The translations under genes were made by a program, and so were the position numbers. The notes beneath the pieces were generated by a model. It searched no databases and was not told the origin of the DNA. It saw only the letters and a list, made by a program, of their open reading frames with translations. Source: an uncultured cyanobacterium (lineage in GTDB: Bacteria; Cyanobacteriota; Cyanobacteriia; Cyanobacteriales; CAWUOF01). From it: a stretch of DNA of 64,000 bases. The first letter of the stretch is position 1. Each line of letters begins with the position of its first letter. The stretch is taken from the NCBI GenBank assembly GCA_963744145.1, contig CAVUSO010000001.1, positions 5,088,001 through 5,152,000 of the forward strand, in the 5' to 3' direction. Below are positions 51,080-62,900 of this stretch, in pieces.

Positions 51080-51333
51080 TACGAAGTGCTTGTTGGATTT
51101 GTTCCTGTTGTGCAGGGGACAGTTTTTCTAAAGTTGTCTGGTAAGTAGTCAATCTGTCCCTTAGTCCTGTACGTCTGTGCAGTCTTTTACGGTACTTTTC
51201 TGGAATTATTTCCGGCCATGTTGGCGTTTTTTTTGCTATCTTTAGACTGTTATGGATTGAATGCAAAATCTCGCACAAACATTCGTGGAGCCAGTTTTCT
51301 TCTGTTGCCGAAATGGGATACCCAAAAAGCATC

Positions 51334-52974
51334 CTATACCCTATCTCCCCTATTCGTTAGTTGTCGTAGTCGATCAGCAAGAAATGCTTTCTCGACAGAA
51401 TCACCAAGACGCTTTATCCCTGCCTTGATCTCTTCGGGATTATTACTCTGCATCAATTTGTTAATCTCATCAAGAGGGACTTGTGACATAGGTGGACGAA
51501 CGTTAAAGCATTCCTCAATAATCGTATCGAATGTAGCGCCAAATGTTTGAATATCAGGATTTTTGACTTGAATTTTTCCGGCTTCGTTTTTGCTAAAAAT
51601 AAAAACTTTGTCTCTCTGCATATCTGAGGGGACAAAAGGCGAGTGTGTTGTCAGCAAGCACTCTTGTTCAGGAGCTTTTGAAGATGCTCGGCGATCGCCA
51701 TTTTCTGTAGGCAGATCGAGTATTCGGGAAATAAACTTCACTGACCATTGGGGATTGAAATGGGACTCAGGCTCATCCAGTAAAAAAAGCACATTAGTAG
51801 ATGACAACATACAGAACGTTCCCAGAATCTGCACAAGCTGATGTTCGCCATCAGAAAGCCATTCATAGCCTACCTCTTTACCAGTCCCTTTAGCTTTAAA
51901 TATAACCCGTTTAAATCCGAAGACCTTATCCTCATCTTGAGGTTCTGGAAGACGTGAATCAAATTTTCTTTCTCTAGTCTCTTTCCAAAAGCGCTTGCGT
52001 GTTTCCCTTGGAAGGGCTAAGTCATTTAACATTGCGAGCTTGTGGAATGACGAATATAAATCGAGGGTGTTGTTCCAAAAGGCTCGAAACGCTTCCCTGG
52101 TCTGGTCATTGATCCAATAGTCAAAGGTGTAAGTTTCTGTCTTGTCGTCATAGGTGTAGCAAGTGGCACAGCGTTTGAGATGGTCGAGATATTTTTCCAG
52201 TTCTTTAGTGAGTTGTATTCCTTTTCGGCTGCTTTGTGAACCTCCCCTGCTGAGAAGTTTGGGAACGGCACTATGTGCCAGTTGGACTATACAACGAAAT
52301 GAATGCAGGTCTTGTAGTTGTGCGTCTCGTAGCAAAGCCTCCCACTGGACAACATCACCCAACAAAAGGTTTGCCAAGAGAACCTCAAGACGCGTTCCAT
52401 AATCAATCAGCATTAATCTAGTATCAAAAATAAGTTGATCGCGCATCGCTGCCTTCAATGCTCTTGTGCCCACGTCGTCTGCATATCCACTACGGCTAAC
52501 TAGGAATGGTAGACTGAGCGTTTCGTTATCGCCTGATGTATAGCCAATCACCATTTCAGGCAATAATGTACGAGTCTTAGGATCATTTATGTCGCAGTCT
52601 ATCCAGTCGTATTCCTCTTCATCTCTCCGCTCGATCACAAGAGTTGGACGCTTTCTACCACTAGCTTTTTGTAAAATGCGGATGCGGACAGGTAGCTGCT
52701 CATCCTCTGGGTAAATGAGGTACTCAAGCTCGAATTCCAGGTCAGGATTTCCTTCAAGACGTTCTTCTTTAGGAATACATTTGTGAAACACACATTGAAA
52801 AATCTCTACTAGTACCTGTAAAAACTGAGATTTACCTGCACCATTCAGCCCAATTAGACATAAAGGATCGAACGCGGAATAGTCACTCAATGGACTTCGT
52901 AGCCGTAAGTCAAGTCCATCAAATAATCCACGACGGGTTTTATCTGAAATGATGTGAACTCTTAAAAGTTTCAT
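51334..52974 (-). CDS. Restriction-system-associated ABC/AAA ATPase
   Basis: GLNGAGKS, GYTSGDNE, LSDGEHQ, LLDEPESHFNPQW, TTHSPF. Confidence 0.88.
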   Translation of the reverse strand: MKLLRVHIISDKTRRGLFDGLDLRLRSPLSDYSAFDPLCLIGLNGAGKSQFLQVLVEIFQCVFHKCIPKEERLEGNPDLEFELEYLIYPEDEQLPVRIRILQKASGRKRPTLVIERRDEEEYDWIDCDINDPKTRTLLPEMVIGYTSGDNETLSLPFLVSRSGYADDVGTRALKAAMRDQLIFDTRLMLIDYGTRLEVLLANLLLGDVVQWEALLRDAQLQDLHSFRCIVQLAHSAVPKLLSRGGSQSSRKGIQLTKELEKYLDHLKRCATCYTYDDKTETYTFDYWINDQTREAFRAFWNNTLDLYSSFHKLAMLNDLALPRETRKRFWKETRERKFDSRLPEPQDEDKVFGFKRVIFKAKGTGKEVGYEWLSDGEHQLVQILGTFCMLSSTNVLFLLDEPESHFNPQWSVKFISRILDLPTENGDRRASSKAPEQECLLTTHSPFVPSDMQRDKVFIFSKNEAGKIQVKNPDIQTFGATFDTIIEECFNVRPPMSQVPLDEINKLMQSNNPEEIKAGIKRLGDSVEKAFLADRLRQLTNRGDRV

Positions 52975-53300
52975 TTCTTAGTCCGAACGAAACACATCGT
53001 CCGCTCCTCTCGATCAAATATCTGCGTAAGACTTGGCTCGGCTTCACTCAGAAGTGCAAACAGAATGTTCTTCAGTGAATCGTAATCATCAGGAAGGTTT
53101 TTGCGGAGTTCATCAAATGAAAACCTGTCCTTGGGTAATTGGTGAATTGCTTCCTTAACAGATTCTTCGGTCATCTTGGTCATAGTTGTTTTTTTAGGAG
53201 TTAGGGATCTATTTGGTTGCGCTGGTTGTGCTGATCGTTCAACGCGAATCCGTTCTAACAGCACCGATGCTGGTTCATCGTTGGGGTCTTGGGATACCAA
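52971..53300 (-). pseudogene. C-terminal remnant of a type I restriction specificity subunit (HsdS-like)
   Basis: LVSQDPNDEPASVLLERIR is typical of HsdS tails; no upstream TRDs; overlaps the ATPase start. Confidence 0.75.
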
Positions 53301-53776
53301 TTCGCACGGTCTGATTCAAGAATCCCTAATGCCTCTGGCACGCTCTCGCGTTCGCCTTTAGAGCATAGGAGTGTCAAAGAGATTCCAGAGTTTGGCGACA
53401 ATATCGTGGGTGATATTAATCATAGATAAATTTATTATACCCCTTGCTCGACTTACCCTGCGGGCTGTTGTTGGATAGATAACGCCAATCTTTTTTGTCA
53501 CAAATCAATAGAGTCAGATTCCATTATTTAATGGTAAAATATCAATGATATTATACCGCGCTCTCTTGATAAAGACTATAATGGTTTTATTTGTTTAAGC
53601 AAATCTATGACGTTAACTAAATATGTTCTTTCTCAGCTACTGCTGAGATATTTTAGGAAGCTTACGGGATACTGATAGAATTTTAACAATGCAAGTGGAT
53701 GATCAGCTCTGGGTTAATGGAGATGAAAATAAGTTAATGTCGGTTTGGCAAAATTTAGTGGGAAATGCAGTAGAAT

Positions 53777-53891
53777 AGATAAGAAAGCAAAAGTCAAAAA
53801 TATTTGTTTGTAGTAAGGGCTATCTTCCCTCAAATATTGAGCATTAGGGGACTAAAGTCCTTACTACGAACGATACTTTTGTAAGAAGTCT
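53777..53891. mobile_element. MITE-like insertion carrying a REP unit
   Basis: Interrupts a duplicated kinase fragment; AAT duplicated on both sides; end ACTTTTGTAAGAAGTCT; a related end AGACCTCTTGCAAAAGT occurs at ~6084. Confidence 0.6.
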
Positions 53892-54004
53892 AATGTTTTG
53901 GGAATAGGGGTGGCAGAATGGGTTAGATTTATTATTCCAGAAAATGCGGCTGATGTGGTAACATAACCTATAGTTGTGTAATTAAATATTAACCATATTG
54001 AGAA

Positions 54005-56692
54005 TTGCAGATCCAGGGTAATCAAGCATTCCTGCTTTCCGATCCCGCAAAACTTTGGTTAGTTCAGTCGGGTAGCATTGCTTTGTTTGCGGTTAGAGTT
54101 AAGGATGGAGTAGTGATCTCAGCCCGTCGTTATTTATTTAGTAGCGAACCGGGAGAGTTAGTTTGTGGGATGGGTATTGGTGGAGAACAGAGCGATCGCG
54201 CTATTTTAGCTGTAGGAATTCCTGGAGATAGTGCTACTAATGGAACTACGGAAATTGTTGAGATTGAGCGGGAACAATGGCAAGATTTACAATCAGCAAA
54301 TCATGCTTATACAGTTACTTTAATTGCCACTTGGTGTCGAAAAATTCAGGGAGTATTTGCTGGAATTAGCGATTTAGAATTATCTAATATATCTGATGCA
54401 ATTATTCCAGATTGGGAATTGTTAATGGGAGAATTGTCTCAACTTCATCGGATTTTTTGGCAAGGGATTGATTTAATTGTAGCACAAGAAAAAGCAGTAG
54501 GATTGGTCAATTTACAAGCCAGAGAAAAATTTAATCAACAGCAATTAACCCAAGCTTTATCAGAATTAGAATCCTTACTACCTGATCAACAAAAATTTGT
54601 CGAAACTGAAACTGATGCTCAGGGTAGTAATCAAAATGAATATTTACCTTTATATCTGGCTGCTGTTGCTGTTGGTAAAGCTTTGGGAATTAAGATTTAT
54701 CTTCCAATTAACTTGAATCAAGATCCTTTAAATGCGATCGCTACAGCTTCTAGAATCAGGATTCGTCGCGTCTTATTAACAGATAATTGGTGGTCAAAAG
54801 ATTGTGGACCTTTATTAGCTTATACCCGTGATGGAAATCACCCGATCGCACTGTTACCTAGGACAGCAGGACGTTACCAAGCTTTTGATCCTGTGCAACA
54901 TATTCATCGACGAGTAGATGAAGAAATTGCCCTAACTTTGCTACCAATAGCTTATATGTTTTATTTGCCATTACCAGAGCGAAAATTAACAGCTTTTGAT
55001 TTAATTTTATTTGCATTGAAAAACCGTCGTAAAGATTTGTTGATGCTATTATGGTCTGGGATAGGAATTACCTTGCTGGGGATGTTTTTACCTCAAGCTA
55101 CCGCAATTTTGATTGATTTAGTAATTCCTGATGGTAAACGGAGATTGTTGATTGAAATTGGGTTAGGATTATTAGCTGGAGCGGTGGGGAGTTTGATTTT
55201 TCAATTAACTAGAGGACTCGCAATGATGCGATTAGAAATATTAGGAGATGCTGCTACTCAATCCGCAGCATGGGATCGGTTATTAAATCTTCCTGTACCT
55301 TTTTTCCGTCAATATTCAACGGGTGATTTACAATTGCGAGTATCAGCAATTAGTGCGATTCGTCATGAATTAGGTGGGGTGGCTTTGCAAACTTTATTTA
55401 TCGCTATTGTCACCTTACCAAATTTAGGATTATTATTTTATTATAACTGGGAATTAGGTCTAATTGCCGCAGCGATCGCACTAATAATTTTGGGAGTAAC
55501 TGGATTTTTAGGAATCGGGAATTTACGGATTACCAAACAATTGCAGAATTTGGAAGGAAAAATTTTAGGCTTAATGGTACAATTAATTAATGGAGTGGCA
55601 AAATTGCGGGTAGCAGGAGCAGAAGAACGGGCTTTTGCTAGGTGGAGTAAAGAATATAGTAAACAGCAAAGATTAAAGCTAAAAATCCAGCAATTAATCG
55701 ATATTTCCGTGGTTTTTAATCAGATATTAATCCCCATAGCGCAGGTATTTTTATTTGCCACAGCAGCAATATTAATCCGGGGAGGGGGTGGGTTATCACC
55801 GGGAATATTTTTAGCATTTAATACGGCTTTTGGGATCTTAATTGCTGGGATAACAGGGTTGGGAGATGTGAGTGTAAATTTTTTAGCAGCGATCGCCTTA
55901 TGGGAAAGAATTAAACCAATTATGCAAACAGAACCAGAGGTTGATCTAAATAAAACTGATCCTGGTCAGTTGTCGGGGAGATTGACCTTAAACCGCGTGA
56001 CATTTCGATATCGAAAACAGGGAGTAGCAGTATTAAATAATGTTAGTCTCAAGGTGGAACCAGGGGAATTTGTGGCATTAGTCGGTCCTTCTGGTAGTGG
56101 TAAATCGAGTCTATTTCGATTACTTTTAGGTTTTGAAACACCCCAATCAGGGGAAATTTATTATGATGGTCAGGATTTGCGAGGATTAAACATCCAAGCG
56201 GTACGGAGACAATTGGGTGTGGTGATTCAAAATAGTCGATTGAATACAGCTTCAATCTTTGATAATATCGCTGGAGGTGCATTAATTACCATGGATGACG
56301 CATGGGAAGCTGCTCATCAAGTTGGTTTAGCAGAAGAAATCGCAGCGATGCCCATGGAAATGCACACAGTGGTAAATGAGGGAGGAAATAATTTGTCAGG
56401 AGGACAGCGACAGAGATTATTAATTGCCAGAGCATTAGTATTAAAACCGAAAATTTTGTTATTAGATGAATCAACCAGTGCTTTGGATAATAAAACTCAA
56501 GCGATCGTCACCGAGAGTTTAGATAAATTAAAAGTCACCCGTGTGGTAATAGCTCATCGTCTGAGTACAATTCGCCAAGCCGATCGGATCTATGTGTTAC
56601 AATCTGGACAAATAGTAGAAGAAGGTAAATTTACAGATTTAATTGCTCAAAATGGTTTATTTGCACGTTTAATGAAACGGCAAATTGCTTAA
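54005..56692 (+). CDS. NHLP-bacteriocin-system ABC transporter (peptidase-less subunit)
   Basis: WWSKDCGPLL, KLRVAGAEERAFARW, GPSGSGKS, LSGGQRQR, LLDES. Confidence 0.88.
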   Translation: MQIQGNQAFLLSDPAKLWLVQSGSIALFAVRVKDGVVISARRYLFSSEPGELVCGMGIGGEQSDRAILAVGIPGDSATNGTTEIVEIEREQWQDLQSANHAYTVTLIATWCRKIQGVFAGISDLELSNISDAIIPDWELLMGELSQLHRIFWQGIDLIVAQEKAVGLVNLQAREKFNQQQLTQALSELESLLPDQQKFVETETDAQGSNQNEYLPLYLAAVAVGKALGIKIYLPINLNQDPLNAIATASRIRIRRVLLTDNWWSKDCGPLLAYTRDGNHPIALLPRTAGRYQAFDPVQHIHRRVDEEIALTLLPIAYMFYLPLPERKLTAFDLILFALKNRRKDLLMLLWSGIGITLLGMFLPQATAILIDLVIPDGKRRLLIEIGLGLLAGAVGSLIFQLTRGLAMMRLEILGDAATQSAAWDRLLNLPVPFFRQYSTGDLQLRVSAISAIRHELGGVALQTLFIAIVTLPNLGLLFYYNWELGLIAAAIALIILGVTGFLGIGNLRITKQLQNLEGKILGLMVQLINGVAKLRVAGAEERAFARWSKEYSKQQRLKLKIQQLIDISVVFNQILIPIAQVFLFATAAILIRGGGGLSPGIFLAFNTAFGILIAGITGLGDVSVNFLAAIALWERIKPIMQTEPEVDLNKTDPGQLSGRLTLNRVTFRYRKQGVAVLNNVSLKVEPGEFVALVGPSGSGKSSLFRLLLGFETPQSGEIYYDGQDLRGLNIQAVRRQLGVVIQNSRLNTASIFDNIAGGALITMDDAWEAAHQVGLAEEIAAMPMEMHTVVNEGGNNLSGGQRQRLLIARALVLKPKILLLDESTSALDNKTQAIVTESLDKLKVTRVVIAHRLSTIRQADRIYVLQSGQIVEEGKFTDLIAQNGLFARLMKRQIA

Positions 56693-56696
56693 AACA

Positions 56697-59258
56697 CTAT
56701 TTAACTAAACATCCAGACGGGAACCAAGGTTGATAAGTTATAGTAACAGGAAGAGCCGTTAAAATCACTTGTCCTTTTTCGTTAACCATCCAGTTTTTAG
56801 CTTCAACAATTCGATCAGGTCTCGTTATTTGCGAAGGCATAAATTTTTTATTTTGGGGGATAGCGTGAGAAATTTGTTCTTCTGTTAATGGATTTGTGGG
56901 TGGGCTGAGAACTTCCCAATTAGACAATGTTGATTCAGCCGTAATCACATCGTGAGGATTGGTAGGTAAACCACCACTACCAGTAAATGTAAATTGATTT
57001 TTATATCCATCTACATGAGAACAACTTTTATAAATTTGATTGTTGATATTGAGAACTTTCTGGGAGATATTTAAAATTCCTTTACTAGGGTCCAGATCAG
57101 GAGTTTTAATCTGCACCACCCCATTGAATTTCAAACCTGCTGCCGAACTAGCCGTGATTTGTTCACTCGGTGTAGGCGCAAAAACAGATTTAGCATTAAT
57201 TAAAATATTACCACCATAACCTTGGAAAGCATTAGCAGTAATTGTACTATTTTCCAAAAGGGTAATACTGCCAGTAGGTAAATCAAGAGTTATATTACCA
57301 CCAACCCCAGTGCCACCAGCTTCAGCAGATAATTTACTGTGGTGACGTAAAAGTAATTGTTGTGCCGCTAAATCAATATTACCACCACCAGCACTAGCAG
57401 CACTAGCTGTAACTGTGGCACCCTGATCAATAATTAATTTGTTAGTGCTAATTCGTAAATCACCAGCCATACCACTCCCTTGACTTTCAACGAACAATCT
57501 ACTGGGAACGGAAAGACCATTGTTATCAATACCTGTACCAGTTACTTCGATCGAATTCGAGGCTTTTATAGTTAAATCTCCACCCATCCCACTAGTACCA
57601 GTAATTGTCCCCGCTGAAACTTTAGCCCCACCCTGGATACTTAAGCTCCCAGTAGTAATTGTCACACTGCCACTATTACCAGTAGCACCTTGGTCAACTT
57701 GAGAAAATAAACCAGAAGGATATAGACCATCGGCTGATCTACCAACTACTTCAATAGAACCAGTAGCATTAACAGCTAAGTTTCCACCTTGACCAATTCC
57801 AAAAGTGCCAACTTCGACCTGAGAACCATTTTGCAGCAGTAAATTTCCTGTATTGATAGCCACGTTTCCTCCATTTCCTTGGCTACCAGGATTACTTACA
57901 GCAGATATATAGCTCCCCCCCATTAGTTGAATATCTGAGGCATTTATGGTCAATTTAGCAGCATTACCGTTAGCAAAAGTAGAAGTAGTAATCTCAGGCT
58001 GTCCTTGCATGATTAACTGTTTGGTATTGACAGTAAGATTACCAGCATCTCCATTATCCGTCGTGGTCGCAAATAAACCAGTTGAGCCATCGCCCATTAT
58101 TTGCACCGAATCACTAGCATTAACAATCAGGTCACCAGCAGTTCCCGAACTGTAAGTGCTAGTTGATGCAACTCCAGAGTTTTGAATCACCAATTTGCTG
58201 GTATTAATGGTTAAATTGCCACCATGTCCGCTCCCTTCTTTCCCGATCCTGGGGTTAATACCAGCAGATGATCCAACTACCTCAGTTAACAAAGCGCTGG
58301 GAAAAGTTCCATCGGCAGATTGTCCGATTATTTCTACTAAATCGGTGGTGTTGACTGTTAAATTGCCTCCCGGTTTAGTTCCTAATGTAAGAGATATAAT
58401 TTCAGAACCATCAGTGAGACTCAATCGTTGTCCTTGGACATTGATATTACCCCCACCATCTCCACTCGTATCGACGATCGCTCCCTGAGATAGTTGGATG
58501 TCACCGAAATTTTTTATCCCGGCATAATTGAAAAGATAGCCATTTCCATTTACCCCCAGAGTAACAGTACCTGCGACCGCTACACTGCCCAGTTCAATTT
58601 GTCCAGATTCTGCGGTCAGATTACCACCTGTTAAAGTTAAGTTACCACCGAGCAGAGCTAAGGTTTTTCCTAGAGGGACTTGGAGTCCTACTACTTGGTT
58701 ATTGCTATTGGTAGTTTGGGATTGATTGATGATTGAGCCAGGATTAGCCCCAAATTGTAGCCCAATCGGCATATTTATGCTTAATAGTGGGGCTTGAGGC
58801 TTGATCGCACTAAACTCAGTCCCATTGGCAAATTTTAAACTGTTGGCAGTTGTGGCAAAAAATGATCCACCTATATTTAAGCTAGCATGAGGACCAAAAA
58901 TGATGCCATTAGGATTAATCAAAAATAAGTTAGCTGGGACATTCGCTTTGAGTAAACCATCAAGGTTGGAAGGAGAGCTACCTGTAACCCTAGTAATTAT
59001 ATTCTGAACGTCAGTAGAATTATTGAAAAAAACTGTATTACCAGTAGGAACGGAAAATTGACTAAAGCTGTGGAATAGGTTTCCTCCAACTGTAGTACCA
59101 CCAGTAATATGACTGATATTTCCTTGGGGGGTAACGATAGAATTGACTGGAAGGCTGGTATCGGGAATAATTGTTTGGGGAAATGAGGGGGTGCCTATCG
59201 CTAACCAGACCCATGTTAGGCTATTGGCAATCCACACAAATTTAATGCCTGGTTTCAT
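56697..59258 (-). CDS. Filamentous haemagglutinin-like (TPS domain) beta-helical exoprotein
   Basis: NLFHSFSQF, NIITRVTG, LINPNGIIFG, GGNL repeats, cyanobacterial tail TGSGGLP...IVEA..W; likely start ATG 59258. Confidence 0.88.
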   Translation of the reverse strand: MKPGIKFVWIANSLTWVWLAIGTPSFPQTIIPDTSLPVNSIVTPQGNISHITGGTTVGGNLFHSFSQFSVPTGNTVFFNNSTDVQNIITRVTGSSPSNLDGLLKANVPANLFLINPNGIIFGPHASLNIGGSFFATTANSLKFANGTEFSAIKPQAPLLSINMPIGLQFGANPGSIINQSQTTNSNNQVVGLQVPLGKTLALLGGNLTLTGGNLTAESGQIELGSVAVAGTVTLGVNGNGYLFNYAGIKNFGDIQLSQGAIVDTSGDGGGNINVQGQRLSLTDGSEIISLTLGTKPGGNLTVNTTDLVEIIGQSADGTFPSALLTEVVGSSAGINPRIGKEGSGHGGNLTINTSKLVIQNSGVASTSTYSSGTAGDLIVNASDSVQIMGDGSTGLFATTTDNGDAGNLTVNTKQLIMQGQPEITTSTFANGNAAKLTINASDIQLMGGSYISAVSNPGSQGNGGNVAINTGNLLLQNGSQVEVGTFGIGQGGNLAVNATGSIEVVGRSADGLYPSGLFSQVDQGATGNSGSVTITTGSLSIQGGAKVSAGTITGTSGMGGDLTIKASNSIEVTGTGIDNNGLSVPSRLFVESQGSGMAGDLRISTNKLIIDQGATVTASAASAGGGNIDLAAQQLLLRHHSKLSAEAGGTGVGGNITLDLPTGSITLLENSTITANAFQGYGGNILINAKSVFAPTPSEQITASSAAGLKFNGVVQIKTPDLDPSKGILNISQKVLNINNQIYKSCSHVDGYKNQFTFTGSGGLPTNPHDVITAESTLSNWEVLSPPTNPLTEEQISHAIPQNKKFMPSQITRPDRIVEAKNWMVNEKGQVILTALPVTITYQPWFPSGCLVK

Positions 59259-59577
59259 TGGCAATTCAACCTCTGACAAGTTTAAAAATTTTTCTATTGC
59301 GTAAAAATACTGATAGATCAAAGAGCCTACTAATTTTTATAGTAGCCCTTGGATCAATAAACTAATTAGGTTTTTTAAAAAAATAAATTAAAGACTTGAT
59401 GAAGATTGCTCTAAGTGTATTGACAAGGGTAAAATGACTTAGGTATGGTAATGACAAGGGTTAGTTGTAAGAACAACTTCTAGCCGACAACCACTTATCC
59501 GCAATTTTTCTTAAGGGTAAAGGTTAGAATGTTGTCAGTGATTATTATTTGATTAAATCTAATGGGAGACTAAAACA

Positions 59578-59715
59578 ATGTCAGCACAAAAAGAGTCAAA
59601 AAAATCAAAAAGTACCAAGCCAGAAACTGCTAAACCAGATTCCTCAGAGCTATCAATGGTAGAGCTAGATACTATTGCTGGTGGTAGAGCAGCACAAAGC
59701 GCCAAAAGCCTTTGA
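59578..59715 (+). CDS. Double-glycine-leader RiPP precursor peptide (45 aa, not in ORF track)
   Basis: GGGAG RBS; MSAQKESKKSKSTKPETAKPDSSELSMVELDTIAGG|RAAQSAKSL; ELSxxELxxIAGG motif; directly upstream of lanM. Confidence 0.8.
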   Translation: MSAQKESKKSKSTKPETAKPDSSELSMVELDTIAGGRAAQSAKSL

Positions 59716-59944
59716 TGGCGATCGCAATTCGCCAAAAATAGTTTAGAACAGCTCTTAAATCAGAATAATTATAAACTGAGAGAGAAGCAGATAAAGATTG
59801 TTTTTGACCTTTTTCAGGGGGGACAAGCAAAAAGTTTGCTGTCCCCTCTCGGTTTTTCATTTTCAGCAGTTGAGAGGGTAACAGCGAAGGTGAAAATGAG
59901 GTAATATCTTCTTTTGGCTAGCAATTGCAGTTTTGGGTGGTGCC

Positions 59945-62900
59945 ATGAGTGATCGTCCCATACACTCTCAAGCAGAATTAATCAAAATCCTTGAACGTGC
60001 CAGCACCCTCAAGGAACGTTTGGGTGGAGAATTTATTAGCGATCGCGAACAAATTAAAGAAGATCAAATTAATTGCTATTTGGAAGAGTGGTGCCAAGTT
60101 GTTGGGGCAGGAGATTTAGAAAGATTTGAAAAACGCTTATCCTGGGATGGGTTAAATTTAGAGAGGGTATTACCCATTCTGACGGCTGTCCGTTTAAAAG
60201 ATGACCAAAATCTGCCCCACTGGTTAGAAACTTTAACCAATGGTCTGAAAGCTGCAACTTTGTTCGATCTCAATCAGCCATCTGACTATCCTCAACTTCC
60301 ATTTGTCGAGGTCTTTTTACCCTTAATTAATTTAGCTCGAACTAAAGTAATTGCTAAAACTGGTTCAAGTTATGAATTAATGACAAAAACTGCTCATCAA
60401 AACCTAGAATTCAGTCTCCTCGAATTTTTAGTACATTTAGGCTCGCGATCGCTGCAATTAGAATTTGCGGTTTTTTGTGGGGGTATTCAAACTAATAACA
60501 GTCTCTCGGATTTAGCGAGTGAAAGTAATAAAGCACAATATCTAAAATTTGTCAAGGGGTTATTAGAGGGAGGATTACTACTTTTTTTCCAAGAATATAG
60601 TGTCTTAGGGAGGTTGATTGCTACCACTGTAGATTTATGGGTAGATACCACCGCAGAATTTATGGTCAGATTAGCAACAGATTGGACAGAAATTCAGCAA
60701 ACTTTTCAACCGAAAAAGGAACTAGGAAAAGTCATCGCGATCGCACCTAATCTATCTGAGCGACATCACCAAGGACGGACAGCACTCGAACTGACCTTTG
60801 CTGCGGGTTTAAAACTAATTTATAAACCGAAAAACTTAGGGTTAGACATCGCTTATATTAACTTACTCAACTGGTTTAATCAAGAAAAGTTACCATTAAA
60901 GTTCAAATTAATCAAAATTCTCAACCGGGATGATTATGGTTGGGTAGAATTTATCGAAAATCTTCCCTGTCTTAATCAAGAAGCAGCACAACGCTATTAT
61001 CAACGGGCAGGAATGTTATTAAGTTTAATGTATCTTTTAGATGCAAGGGAATGTAACTGCGAAAATATTATCGCTAACGGAGAATATCCAGTTTTACGCG
61101 AACCAGAAACCTTAATGCACCCTCGATTTCAAGAAGATGAGTTACCAAATGAAGATCGAGGAGTTCAGGTTCTTGCTAATTATCAGCTTGGTAATTCTGT
61201 GATCCGAACTGGTTTCTTACCCCGTTGGAAAATAAATTCTAGAGAACAATATTATGACGATAGTGGATTATGGGGAATGGGTGAGGGAAGAACAGCAAAA
61301 GCGAATTTACCTAAATTAGGCAATACCTATTTATCACCAACTGATTACCTGGAAGAAATCGTAAATGGTTTTCAGGTAATGTATCTATTTTTAATCAAAA
61401 AGAGAGACAAATTAATTACCTCCAATAGTCCATTAGCAGAAATAGCACAACAATCAGTACGCTTTCTTTTTCGGACTACTAAAGTCTATAATTTTATCTT
61501 AAATAAAATCCTCCAACCCAAATTTATCCGGACTGGGATTGATTGGAGTATTCAGCTTGATATTTTGGACAAAGCTCTCCTTGATTCGCAAACAGTCCAT
61601 CCCTGTTGGAGTCTCGCTAAAGCAGAAAAGAAATCTCTGGAATTAATGGATATTCCTATATTTACAGTCAAGGGAAATAGTCGTGATTTAATCATTGCTC
61701 CTGGTGAAAAGATTGAGAATTTTTTTAATCAATCGAGCGAGCAGAATGTGATTGATAAATTCCACCAATTACATGAGCGAGATTTAAACAAGCAAATCGA
61801 AATTATTCGTAATTCTATTTATATCCTAATTGCTCATCAAACTCAACCAAAAATAAATAATAGTTCCCATCACCATTCTGGGAAAAAGTCAGGAATTTTA
61901 ACAGCAAAACAACTAATCGCAGAAGCAGTAATAATTGGTGAAGATTTAAAAAAACGGGCGATTATTTCTACCCAAAAGGGTATGATTTGGATGGGATTAA
62001 ATCAGCTAGCTAAAGCTGAATATTTCCAATTAAATCCCCTTGGATATGACCTTGACAATGGGATTGCAGGAATAGCATTATTTTTCGCAGCTTTAGCAAA
62101 AGTTAGTGATCAAAAATGGGGAGAATTTGCTTTAGCAACATTGCAACCTTTACGTCAAAATTTACAGAGTCATAACCTAGATGGAAATATCTTCCAGAAC
62201 ATGGGTATTGGTGGTGCGAAAGGATTGGGTGCGATTATTTATGTATTGGTAAGAGTGAGTGAATTTCTCTCAGCACCAGACATGATCAAAGATGCTAAAA
62301 AAGTAGCTGCTCTGATTACCAAAGATAAAATTACTAGCGATCGCTATTTAGATATTTTTTCTGGGTCAGCTGGAGCAATTTTAGGATTATTAGCTTTATA
62401 TGAGATTGAGCGAGATCAAAAAGTTTTAGAAACTGCCATAGCTTGTGCCCATAATATATTATTCCATCTATTTAAAAGCAATTCTAGTTTCAGTAGAGGG
62501 AAATTTTTAAATTCCAAATTGCCCATCAGTTTTTATCAGGGTTATACCGGAATCGCTTATGCTTTACTACGATTATATAAAATTACTAATCATGTCAATT
62601 TTTTAGAAGCAGCAAGTGAAATTATCATAGACTGCAATAATTCCAGGCAAAATTTACACCATATTTGTGATTATTATCTTGGTGATTTAGCCCAGATATT
62701 AACTGATAATAAGAAGGAAATCAAGCAAAAATTTAAAACCGGATTAAAACCCAATGGAGAATTAAAATTACAGGGTGTGGATAATCTCTATGAGGGGAAT
62801 TTTGGGATGATCGAGATTGCGTTACTTACGAGTCAAAAGCTGAATCTTCATGAGGGTTTAGAAATTGCTAACAAACAAGCAAGTTGGGTAATAAATAGAG

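Larger units (their letters stand above)
48694..51332 (-). pseudogene. HNH endonuclease gene interrupted by IS630 and frameshifted near 48890
   Basis: Removing the IS joins QQALR to NQNEISLLL in frame; downstream CPFCG..LDHYL..SKYPF..NLVPMGNKCNS is an HNH motif. Confidence 0.85.
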
